Shown here: positions 12,800 to 24,560 of the stretch, in pieces
Layout: each line of letters opens with the position of its first letter
Position numbering within the stretch: the stretch's first letter is position 1
Assembly: GCF_009914755.1 (NCBI RefSeq)
Contig: NC_060926.1
From: the human T2T-CHM13v2.0 reference genome, Homo sapiens
DNA length: 64,000 bases
Direction: 5' to 3' (one strand)
Position numbers and translations under genes: made by a program
The notes under the pieces: model-generated
The model's database searches: none
Told to the model about the DNA's origin: nothing
Seen by the model: only the letters and a program-made list of their open reading frames with translations

Positions 12800-13640
12800 A
12801 ATAAACAAAACAAATATTCACTGAGTCATACTGTACATAGGCATTGTACCTGCCAAGCCACTCTCGCCTTCACAGAGCTCACAGTTTAGCAGGGGAGACG
12901 GGACTCAGGAACAGAGGGAGATCAGAGCTGTGATGGTACTGGTCTCATGGTAGGTGTGGGGACCTGGGAAGGACAGCTTTCCACTGTGGGGACTGCACCA
13001 TGGAAAGCTGTGGGAGGGAGGAGAGCTTTGGAACTCTGCAGAGAGGTGATGAGGTCTTTTAAAGAGGGAGGTGACATCGCCCCTTTTGTGGAATGTTTTA
13101 CAAGGGTGACTGTGGCTGCTGTGCAGGAAGCAGTTGGAGAGAAGATGGTAAGACTCGAGATGGAGAAGGCTGTTGAAATCACTGAACACCTGAAGCACTG
13201 TCCACGGGCCAGAGGAGATGGGCACATATGTGGAAGGACCCCACTGAGCTCGGCCACCTGGGTGAGGAAGCGGAGGATTCTAAGTTGGCCCCAGGTGCCA
13301 GATTTGGCCTTGAGGAGGGTGAAAGCACATTTGCTGAGAAGGGGACAGATTTAGCTGTGGAGTTTGAGTTGCTCATGGGCTGCAGGACTGCATACTGCAA
13401 GTCCGTAGTTAAGAATGCAGAGTTAGAGTCTGAAAATGGAAGGGATCTAGATATTGCAGTGTGGGGACAGTAATTATACAAATGATACCTAGATTCAGTT
13501 GTGAGAAAGGGTGAGGACCAGGGTGGAATTGTTTAGAGTATGGATTCTCGGGAGGTGGAGGGCAGAAGGAGCATCAGTGAGGTGCTAGTCTGAGTCGGGG
13601 TGGAGGATGATAAAAAAGCACTTCAGATGTGACAAAAGGA
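12800..13640 (-). mobile_element. L2 fragments
   Basis: AACAAATATTCACTGAG..GGCATTGTAC..GCCTTCACAGAGCTCACAGTTTAGCAGGGGAGAC; GAGTTTGAGTTGCTCATGGG. Confidence 0.6.
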
Positions 13641-13927
13641 CACGTGTGGCAGCTGGATACTGAAGCAAATTCAACTCTGCCTTTGCCTAGAGCCAATCCC
13701 AATCAAGAATATCAAATAGACAGTGCACCCTTCCCCCCTTAGTTTTTAATCCATTCCCAGTGAAATCTAATCCAATTGTATACAAATTCTAATCCAGACT
13801 CCAAGGATGGCCAAGCTCTTCTGTACTGTCACAAAGTTTTTGTCCTACTCTAACTCTGAGCACCAGGGACTTGTTACTGGACCCCTCAGACTGGGGCTCA
13901 AGCCATTTGTTTCCACAAAGCAACTCT

Positions 13928-14165
13928 CTTAATCTTCTCAACGATGCTCTGAGCTAGGCACTAAAGTTCCCTTCTTTTATAGATGAGGAAAGTGAGGAGC
14001 AGAGGAATTCAGCAATTTGTCCAAAGTTAGACAACCAGTAAATATGGAGAGGGGAATCCTAGTTTTGCTATTTTCCTTAGCAGCTGTGTGATCTGGAGTA
14101 AGTCTCAGATTTACATCTTTTTATCTTAAAAAAAAAAAAAGTGGTGAGAAGAATTATCTGCCCCA
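13928..14165. mobile_element. Two MIR fragments in opposite orientation (- then +)
   Basis: TTTTATAGATGAGGAAAGTGAGG..TTGTCCAAAGTTA (minus) followed by AATCCTAG..TTAGCAGCTGTGTGATCTGGAGTAAGT (plus). Confidence 0.65.
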
Positions 14166-14337
14166 ACCGATTCCCTTTCTCAGGATCATCTGAGATACAG
14201 TTTTGTACGATGCAACTTGTTCTGCATTTGCCAAACTGTAAAGTCCAAAACCTGCCACTACTGTGTTACCACCCTCCTTTTTCTGGAATGGCCTCCTTCA
14301 TTAGGACTGAGTGGGAGAAAACATGTTTCCTACAAGG

Positions 14338-14498
14338 CTAGATTGTCAACCCTGGCTGCACAGCATACTCATCTGAGGAGTCTTAGAGTGCCAGGCAGCA
14401 TCACAGACCAACATATCACTGTCTCTGGTCTTTGGGTTTAGCTCAGCATTTTTGAAAGCTCCCGGATGATTCTAGTACAGGTAGCATTTAGAACCACT
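14338..14498. mobile_element. MER5A-type hAT-Charlie MITE
   Basis: TCAACCCTGGCTGCAC..CATCTGAGGAG..GCATTTTTGAAAGCTCCCGGATGATTCTA..TAGAACCACT. Confidence 0.75.
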
Positions 14499-15051
14499 CA
14501 TCCTATCTGAAGATAGAACTTGTCCCTGTCTGTTACCAGTGCTGTCTTTACTTACTCACAGCTAAAGAGCTCAAAGCCTTTAGGAAGTGTTGAACTCCAT
14601 GGTAGAGTCAAGTCCTCCATGGCTCCCAAGATCCCCACTCTCCAACCTCCAACAGTGTGTACCTCCAGTATTTTCCCCTCCCCTGAGTATGGGGGCAGCC
14701 GCTGAATATCACAGGTGTCCCTCCTTCGATTAGATTACTTATATGGCAAAAGTGACAGGATTCTGCAGATGTGATTAAGGTCCCCAATCAATTGATTCTG
14801 AGTTAATTAAAAGAGAGATGATCCTGAGTAGACCTGTCCTAATCAGGTTCTTTAAAATACTGTCTCTCCTCCTGGCCTTGAAGCTGATATGCATTCTGTG
14901 GAAGTGAGAAACAAATTTGACCAACAATGCCTTTGGGAGCAAACCCTAAACATCAGTTGAGACCTCAGCTCTAGCTGTCACCTTGATTGTAGCCTTACAA
15001 GACCCTGATCGGAGGGCCTTGCTAAGCTGTTCCTAGACTGTTAACACCTGG

Positions 15052-15983
15052 TGATAGAGACAGGAGGCAGGGAGATTTTAGGCAGACAGGGGCAGGTCCA
15101 CAGTGAAACCCCACCTTCAAGCCAAAGTAGTCTGAAACCTGCAGCCAGAAGTGAGAACTTCTATTCCTGTTTGCATGCTCTCTCCCGATTGGTTCTTTCC
15201 GAACAATGTCTTTTTATCAATCGAATGTTGCCGTTTCCAAAACTAACTACAGCCTGCCCCACCCCCATCCTATGCCTATAAAGACCCCAGACTCAGTTGG
15301 TAGGGGAGAGAGTTGGCCAGACTTTGGAGAAGAGAGACGGCTCGATGTCAGGGAAGAGACAGCTGGACTTCGGGGAGAAGATGACCTGACTTCTGGGAAG
15401 ACCACTTGCCCTTCCTGTCCCCTCTTCACCTCCCCTTTCCACTGACAGCCATTTCCATCACTCAATAAAATTCTCTGCTTTCACCATCCTTCAAATATCT
15501 GCACAATCTCATTCTTCTTGGATGCTGGACAAGAGCTCAGGACCCACCGACTGCAGACACCCTAAAAGGCTGTCACACCAGCCCTTTGCCCTGGCTGGTG
15601 GAGGGCAGCCACCCTATGTGAAGAGGCATTGGGCCAATTAAGCCATAAACAAACAGCCGTCTACAGATGGTGGAGGCTAAAACAGCAATGTAACACTCCC
15701 ACTGGGGATTCGGGGTCACAGGCACCCCCATCTGGTCACTGCTGCAGGCCTGTGTGGAGCTTGCACTCAGAGTGGTGGCCAGATCCCACACTCACTCACT
15801 CATACCTGGTCTGGCCGTGGGCCCCGCACAGAGCTTGCTCCTGCTGGTGCCCAGAGTGGTTGGCTGGGTCCTGCACTCCCTCATTCATGTGCTCCCTCCC
15901 ACAAGGGGTTGAGTATGGCGGTCGGAGTAAATGTTCACCCCTGTCGTGAGTCCAATGGAGGGGCCAAGAAAAATCCTGCATCA
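15052..15983 (+). mobile_element. LTR27/LTR28/LTR1-group solo LTR (ERV1)
   Basis: TGATAGAGACAGGAGGCAGGG...AAAAATCCTGCATCA; perfect 4-bp TSD CTGG at 15048-15051 and 15984-15987. Confidence 0.85.
15185..15469 (+). promoter_or_regulatory. LTR U3/R signals: inverted CCAAT, CCCCACCCCC box, TATAAA (15277-15282), AATAAA (15464-15469)
   Basis: Motifs are in the canonical LTR order; activity not shown. Confidence 0.45.
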
Positions 15984-16929
15984 CTGGCGTGTAAGATAAA
16001 TGTATGTTGTCTTCAACTGCTCAATTTGTGATATTTTATTATGTAGCATAGAAAATCAATACAGCCAGTCCTTTATTGACCTGAGGCCCTGGACAACTTC
16101 TCATGACCTTAGAGAGGGAGGATGGGAGGAGGCCACTCTCTTTGTGGTAGGGACAGCATGAGTGGCAGCTCCACAAGGAGCAGGGGGCCAGGGAGGGACA
16201 GCACCCACTGGCTTTGTGTCACTGAGAAATGACAAGTGTATAACCAGCATAATTTTATAATATAATGTTAACATACCATCTAAATTCACTCAGAATTCCA
16301 GAATTTCAGAACACAGTATTCAAAAATTGTACTTTTTACAAAATTTATGGACATAACAGTGTATATTGCTGATTTGGGATCTGAAGCAGGTGGGCCTTTT
16401 CGTTGATAGAGTCCAAGAATACAGAGGATGAGAAACACATTCAGATGAGATATCACTGGGCCATTATCATTAACAGTTCCACCCTTGAAAATGTTGACAC
16501 AATGTTCACCTTTTTCTTTCTGTATAGGATACAAATGTTGAAAATTTCCTGGATTCTGCTATTGCTATACATTACCTGAGCAAAGGAAAAATGAGCATTG
16601 TATGATTTTGCAATGACCATGGGCTCCTCAAAGGTCTCTTGGATCCAGAAGTTCAGATTAACATTGGTTTGGCAGCTGTGATTTCCTGCTTCTAGGATGG
16701 AGGATTTTGTCAGTCTGAGCCAAACCATCTGGGACATCTAATCGCTCCTAAAGAGAAATCCTACACTTTGCTATTTTAAAGAGCAAGTGAAACTGAAGCA
16801 TGTGTATCAAATTTTGCTCAAGGTTTGTGAAACTCTAAGTACTGGAGAGAAAAAAATAATTTGATAAAATAATTTATTTTTGGAATCAGGAAATTTACCA
16901 ACTTGATGGAGCACCAGCACTACATTTTA

Positions 16930-17070
16930 ATTTTTAGTATAGAATTTTTCAAACACAGAACAGAGTAGGGAGAATAATACAATGAACTTGATGAGCACAT
17001 CTGCCAGCTTCAACAGTCAACTCATAGTCAATGCCGCTTTATCCTTCTCCCTCTCATTTTTCCTACCCTG
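16930..17070 (-). mobile_element. Old L1M (L1MC/ME) 3'UTR fragment
   Basis: TTTCAAACACAG..AGAATAATACAATGAAC..CCAGCTTCAACA. Confidence 0.55.
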
Positions 17071-18283
17071 TTCCTAGATAAAAGAATCGAGTTTTGCAGT
17101 GAAAAGAGATAGCAAAGACAAGGCATCTGGTTTTTCTACCTATTCTGCAGATCTGAATGATGACCTTGAATCACCCACACGTGCATTTGACCCCCAGACC
17201 AGGCAGGTGAGCCGGCCGGTGTGTATGTGCACACCCTTGAGAAGAGCAAACCCCTCTGGATTCAGAAAAATTACTTCCCCTATTTCAGCTTCTCCTTTTC
17301 TTCTGAGCCATCACAGACACCAGTTCCAAAAGAGCAGGATAATGTTGTCAGCCAGAATTAAATATACCCAGCAGGGATATTATAAGGAAAACAGACGAAC
17401 AACCTCACTTTTTTTTTCCCCCAAAGAGCAGCCTCCCAGGCTTTTTACTGTCTCTTCTCTCCACTTATCCTGGGGAAAGGGTCGGAATCCTGCCTGGGAC
17501 CAGCCAAAAGGAAAGAACCAACCTCTTTCCTTATCATAGGGGTCATAGTTCAGGATGTGTAGGGAAGGAGCATCTATTCCTTCTCTCTGTCTCCAGTGAA
17601 GCCCTCAAGACAAGAAACCGTTCTCCCATTGAAAGACTCCAGTAGGGAATCTCCAGGACTTATTTGAACATTTAGTCACTCTCAGGAAATCTTGTCCCTT
17701 AGAGCAAGTCTCCACACTCTTGCCTGTTTCATTGATTTCATTTTGATCTGGTCCTTATGTTTTCAGAGACAAGTCATATACTTTAGTCGCAAAAGAGCTT
17801 GTTCATACACTTGCTAAACATCACATCCTGCTTAGGCTTTTGCATTATCACTCTCAATCTGTATGCATGTAGGGATTGTTGACTTTATGAATCAACTACC
17901 CAGTCATTCTTATATTATCTCTTTCAATATTCTCTAAGCTCCCACATCCCTCTTAAAGTGTCAAGCTCTAGACTGCAACAGATGTTCCTGAAGAAATTGA
18001 GACTAGAAACATAACAAAGTTTATGCTCTTCCATGGATGACTCATAAGGGTTATCTGTCCATGATCGGCCTGTTATTAAAATTTAGATGATGTAAATGTC
18101 ATGGAAAGGAGGACAAAGGTGGTATCTGTCAGCGTGTAGAGTGTTTTTTCTTGGTTGCCTTGGACAGCATTTCAAAGGTTAAGTCTGCAGAGCATCCTCA
18201 CAAGTTCCCAATATTTAGTCACATGAACAGGTGGCATGAGCTCCTCTGTGCACAACCCTCTTCTTGAGAGCTCAGGTTATAAG

Positions 18284-18606
18284 CATGGGGTGGGCACCCT
18301 TTTCTGTTAAGGGCCAGGTAATAAATCTCTTAGGCTTTGTGGGCTACATGGTCTCTGTGGCAACTTCTCTACTATGCTGCGTCCAGGATGTGGCCACTGA
18401 GGATATTGTAAATGAATGTACCTGGCTGTGCTCCAATGTAACTTTATTAACACTGACATTTGAAGTTTTCATGCTTTATGTGTCATGAAATTCTTGTTTA
18501 GGCATTTTTAAGCATTTGCAAATGTAAAAGCTTTTTATCTTACAGGCCATACAGAAACAGGTGGCTGGTGTGGACCTGGCGGCGGGCTGTCATTTGCCCA
18601 TTTGTG
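18284..18606 (+). mobile_element. MER58B-type hAT-Charlie MITE
   Basis: TTTCTGTTAAGGGCCAGGTAATAAAT..TAGGCTTTGTGGGC..GGCCATACAGAAACAGGTGG..GGGCTGTCATTTGCC. Confidence 0.85.
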
Positions 18607-20398
18607 ATCCAGCATTTTTCCATGAGAGCAAGTGAAAAGGAAGGGTGGGACAGTTAGAGAGATAAGCTGTTCCATTTTAATTAATTTTTTTTTTTTTTAC
18701 TACGACAACATTTTAAAAACAGAAATGGCAAGTTGTTATCCTTGCTCTGAGCAGCTCACACTCTAAATGTTACATAGGGATTTTAACAGGGTGGAGCCAG
18801 GCTGGTCCTCTCTGCAGCGTCTCTAGTTGATCAGGGATCCCATCCCACGAGGTCCAGGGACCTTTTATAAGAATGTTGACCATCTTTTTAGGAATCCAAA
18901 TTGAGACTCATAGTTTGGTAAAAATTTTCCAGATTTGTAAATTTCTTTACATGAAATGTCACAAAATTCTAAACGTTAGATGGCATTTCATTACATAATT
19001 AGTGACATTAATGAAAAGTGTGCTCTAGAAACTTTAGGAGTTACTATATTTATGAAGAGATTCATTAAAGTGTCACTTAGGAAGAGATCTTTCCCTGAGT
19101 ATGTGTGAGTGAGGACCCACCTGGTATTGCTGCCCTGAGTCTGGCCTCTTTTGTCTGACACAGAAACTTGTACATTTCTTTTGTGGACCACAAGTTAGGA
19201 ATCTGGTTGGCAGTTGCATGTATTATTTCATGCATAGCTCACTGAAGCTTTACTGGGGACATTTTAAGCCTTTAAAACATGACTGAGAAAATAGTATATA
19301 CATAACCTGCTTTAAATACGCTTGTATCATTTAATCTTTCAATTTTGTAGTTCAGAACAAACCATGAAGTCATTTTGTTCTTGGAAAAGTATTCAACTTT
19401 TCCAGAGTGAAGCAGGCTGACACTGCACACTAATTTTGCAAATATTGAGGGTGAATAGTGAACTCCTTGATAGGTCTTTGAAAATAAATTGAATTGCAGT
19501 AGGGGCTTTTCTTAAAATTCATAGTAGTCTCAGAACAATAAGTTTATGTTAGGCAAAATCCACACAGACATTAGTGATGGCGTAGTTGGGTTGGAATGAG
19601 CAATCTTTCAATTATGATGTAGATCTTCACCATCTTCTGGCTGGAAAGTCAACTGTTTGGCTCTGATGTAATACTTCCAGGTTCAAAAGTTGAACTTATT
19701 AAGGCTTCTTGTTTTTCTTGCTATATCTTCACTGCTCATTAGTACCTGGAAAGGAAAGAAAAGAAACGCCAACATCTCAAGTTTGGGAAAGAAATTGTTT
19801 GCTAAAATTAGACTTCTAGGAGTCTATTTATCCATGAGGATCGTTAACTAAACCTAATCCTGTCTTTTTACACCACAGGTAATTGAAAACTGGCTCCCTC
19901 CCTTCACTTCCTCACTCCCTTCCTCCTGTCCTCCCTCTGTTGATTCCTTCCCTAACAATGCACATGCTCCTCTTTAACGGTTCAGTACTCACAGGTCCTT
20001 ATGTGCTAGAATAGTAACAAGCCTCCAGATTCTGTCAGGGAATTCTGATAACTGCGAGGTAACTTTGAACCCACAGTTTGGATTGGTCTTTCTCTCTGGC
20101 CTGTTTCTTATGCTGTTCCTATTTATTTGTAGTGGCTACAAATATTTTGAGTAGGTTGCTCAAAATATCTTCTGAAGTGTAAATGACACATTTTTTAAAT
20201 GACAAATATTTAAAAAAATAATAGCAGTAGTACTGTAGTAGATATGTACAGCTAAGGTTTGGTGAGCCCAGAAGAGGCAGCCCTGAATTATGCCGGCGGA
20301 CTTAGCAAAGACTCCACAGACAAGGGGCATCTGAACCTAACCTAGAAGGAAGAATTGAACTTAGGCCAATGGTAGTTGTGGCTGAGAAGTGGAAGCCA

Positions 20399-20470
20399 GG
20401 GAGGGGCTGAAGGATGGGCTGAGGGAGGGGCTGAGGGAGGGGATGAGGAATGGGATGAGGGAGGGGATGA
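20399..20470 (+). repeat. 12-bp G-rich minisatellite, 6 copies (consensus GGGAGGGGMTGA)
   Basis: gggaggggctga aggatgggctga gggaggggctga gggaggggatga ggaatgggatga gggaggggatga. Confidence 0.9.
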
Positions 20471-20480
20471 TCTTCTAGGT

Positions 20481-20945
20481 CAGTGAATTTCAAATTTTTT
20501 GGTCCCAGGTGACTTTTACAATCTTAACAATTTTGTTTATAGAACAGTGTGTTCTATATACTGATATTTACTAATCAGAAATTAAAACTGAGAAATGTTT
20601 ATATTTTAAAATATTTCTTTATTCATTTAAAACATAATAAAGTATTATTACATGTTGTCATAAATACTATATTTTATGAAAAATAAATACGTTTTCCAAA
20701 ACAAAAATTCATGAGAGGAGTGGCCAATGTCTTTGATGTCTAACTTCAGAGCAAACAGCCAGATACTCACATCTGCCTCTGCAGTCAACCTTTTTCAAAA
20801 CCACATGCTGCGAAACCTCTGGAAATGACCATTGTACAGTTATGAAAGAATGAAGGTGAAAGAGGCAAATGACACCGTAGCATTGTGACAAAACTGCTTT
20901 GACCCCTTTAAGCCTTCTGAAAGTTTCCTGGGGATGGACACTTTG
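20481..20945. mobile_element. Charlie1-type (Charlie1a/1b) hAT DNA transposon relic
   Basis: CAGTG..TCAAATTTTTTGGTCCCAGG..AGAAATTAAAACTGAGAAAT..TTTTCCAAAACAAAAA..ATCTGCCTCTGCAGTCAA..ACACTTTG. Confidence 0.75.
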
Positions 20946-21400
20946 TCCCCAAATCACACAGCCCTCTCTCCTGAGCCCTCACCTGTGTGGCCACTTCCAC
21001 TGGGACCATTCCATGTGTGCTTTGACATGTCCAAGGCCGACTCCCTTCATGTGCATCTCATTTTCCTTAGTCCATGTCCTGCCTCATGCAGAAAACTAAT
21101 GTCCCACTGCTGCTTCCCCCTCCTTCCCTCCTTAGCTTCAGTCTCCGGTCTGGAGCATTCTAGCTCCTTAGCAACAACTCCGCTCCTTTAATGCAAGTTC
21201 TCAGGCTGTGCTCTAGCACTAAATAGCCTTCGATCTGACTTCCAGACCCTAGATACGGCTCCCCTTACTTCCTTCTCTCAACGTTCCCACAAGGATATTC
21301 ATAAAACGTAAGCCTTGTATGTCTCCCACCCAGCTTAGAATCCTTGAATAATTCTCTAGGGCCCTAAGATGAAATGAAAACTTTTTAGCATATCTTAGAG

Positions 21401-21668
21401 TCATGTTTGTCAAAATGCTATAAGCAACGTTGATGTGGGTCATAAAATTCATTTAGTGAGTCAGGACTATTATCTTATAAAAACCATGACAAACTGGAAT
21501 AGGAAATATTAAAATGCATTGCAAATCAGTCTAAGCACACATCCCAGCTCATCACACTTACGCTGTGTTTTATGGACGTGTCTGTGTGTGTGTGTGTGTG
21601 TGTACAGGGTCTTGGGGCAAAATGCATTTCTGACAATGGGTCATGGTCAAACACGTTTGGAAAACACT
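21401..21668. mobile_element. MER106/Charlie10-like hAT MITE with internal (TG)n
   Basis: GTGGGTCATAAAATTCATTTAGTGAGTCA..AAAATGCATTTCTGAC.ATGGGTCATGGTCAAA..GTTTGGAAAACACT. Confidence 0.65.
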
Positions 21669-21699
21669 CTTTCAGAAGGCTCCTGACTACTTCTTTATT

Positions 21700-22600
21700 T
21701 TCAAAGACAGCTTCTTCCTTCTGGACCTCCAGCCAATACAGATTACTTCAGAAGCTTTAGGACGTTTTGCTTCCCTTTGAGCCTGTGCTCATGCTTTCCA
21801 CTCTAGGATGAACTGCCTTTTCTCTCCTTTACTCAGGTAATTAGGACTCATCTTTTAAGATTTAGCTTGTAGCTTGCCTCTGGGACATCTCTCTGCCCAT
21901 CACCTCCCTTCCTCTCCTTCAGCCTCCCCAGGACTGCTTCAACACCCTGACAGAGTCTGGTGCAGGGTTCAAAAAATTAGATAATTAACTGTTCACCTGT
22001 TTGCTCCCCTCCTTGGCTGTTGGCTCCCTGACGACCTCTTTCCCTGTGGCTCTAGTGCAGTCTGGATGGAATAAAAGCTCAGTCTCATCAGTTCTGCCCT
22101 CGAAAACCCTGGAAGGCATTCTTGAGGCCTCCTTGTTTCTCAGTCCCCATATTGAATCAAACAATGCTACCCCAGGGATGGAAGGGAGGACTTGAGCACA
22201 TTCTTAAATGTGGCTCCTGTAATTTTTAACACATTGACACATGCTACATTGACGTGACATCTTGAAGACATGGATGGTGCTGTGAAAAGTTATACTGTGA
22301 GACTCAGTTCAGCATGCTTGCACATCTTTCCTCTCCCCATCAAGCACCTCTCCCTTGGGGATACTTCCCCTCACTTCCCAGGCTGGGTCAAATTTCTGCA
22401 TCATTGCCTTTTAGCACTTTGTACTTCCAGTTGATAACAGCTATGGCCCTTGAAATTTTGCCTTCATTTTTATGTTTATGTGATTAATGGTTCTCTAGAC
22501 GCATTAGAAGTTCCTTGCCAGAATATATGTTCCAAGAAGCCAGGAATTGAATTTATTTTTGCTCTGTAGTATCCACAATAAATGTTGAAGAAATGAATGG
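21700..22600 (+). mobile_element. L2 3' fragments
   Basis: TGTGCTCATGCTTTCC..CTCATCTTTTAAGATTTAGC; CCACAATAAATGTTGAAGAAATGAATG. Confidence 0.5.
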
Positions 22601-22685
22601 TGATAAGAAGTCCTAGCATGACCAAGACAAGGTAGTTCGAGCAGGTGGGAGGAGGACACAGTCTGAGAGGCACAAACACTAGAGT

Positions 22686-23602
<917 letters not shown>

Positions 23603-23835
23603 TCAAGTTCCTTAAATGCTTTGGGGGAAAACAAACAAACAAACAAAAAACATAAAAACTACTTATATACTGAAATAAGCATGGGCATCATATAAACTAC
23701 AATTCAAAATTTATCTATGTTGGATACACAAAGCAGGGGACTTCAGAGACACATTGTAGATGCAGCCAGCACATTGGCCCTCAGCCAGTAGACACCCTTG
23801 GGGGTGTGGCTCCCCCATCTTTAGTCTCAGGATTC

Positions 23836-24107
23836 TTTTTTTTTTTTAAAGTTTTTTTTTTTTTTATTATTATACTTTAAGTTTTAGGGTACACGTGCAC
23901 AACGTGCAGGTTAGTTACATATGCATACATGTGCCATGTTGGTGTGTTGCACCCAGTAACTCATCATTTAACATTAGGTATATGTCCTAATGCTATCCCT
24001 CCCCCCTCCCCCCACCCCACAACAGGCCCCGGTGTGTGATGTGTGATGTTCCCCTTCCTGTGTCCATGTGTTCTCATTGTTCAATTCCCACCTATGAGTT
24101 AGAATAT
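23836..24107 (-). mobile_element. L1PA3/4-type 3' end, heavily 5'-truncated
   Basis: poly(T) then TTATACTTTAAGTTTTAGGGTAC..CCCACAACAGGCCCCGGTGTGTGATG..CCCACCTATGAGT; no TSD recognised. Confidence 0.95.
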
Positions 24108-24299
24108 AATATAATGTGCTGAGAAACAGTCCTGAGCAACAGTAGGAGAAGAGGAGATTTCAAGGCAGGTTTCAATAACATTACTCTGGAAGGGGTGTTG
24201 AGGCTCCACTGGTGGAGTCTGGTTGGGAGAATAAGAGAGGTGATGGCAACAGCCCAGGAAAGACAAGATGGGGCCTACAAGGAGGTGGAGAAAATTCCG

Positions 24300-24560
24300 A
24301 CCCATCACTGAAGGTCTGGCTCAGGGTCCTCTTCTCCCCTTTCCTGACTCTCCTAAGCAGCTTTGTCCACCTTAATCTGTGCTCTGCAAATATCTGTTAT
24401 CTCAATCACAGTGCCTCCTACACACATTGTGGTTATTTGTTGAACTGTCACGCTAGACTGGGAGCTCTCTGAGCACACATCCTGGGTCTTATTCATCTTT
24501 CATTTCCCTGCCTAGCACCAGGCACAACCTTGGTGTGTACTGGTTGCATGGAAGACCAAC
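24300..24560 (+). mobile_element. L2 3' fragment
   Basis: CTAGACTGGGAGCTCTCTGAG..GTCTTATTCATCTTT..TGCCTAGCAC. Confidence 0.6.

Larger units (their letters stand above)
14598..16063 (+). mobile_element. MLT1E-type MaLR solo LTR, split by an ERV1 LTR
   Basis: ATATGGCAAAAGTG..TGCAGATGTGATTAAGGTCCCCAATCAATTGA..; resumes after 15987 and ends GCATAGAAAATCAATACA. Confidence 0.85.

Noticed and set aside
12905-13481. Cluster of overlapping 81-135 aa ORFs
   Set aside because: It lies in purine-rich, decayed minus-strand L2 sequence and shows no recognisable homology.
20302-20493. Proline-rich HPLP/QPLP repeat peptide
   Set aside because: It is simply the minus-strand reading of the 12-bp minisatellite.
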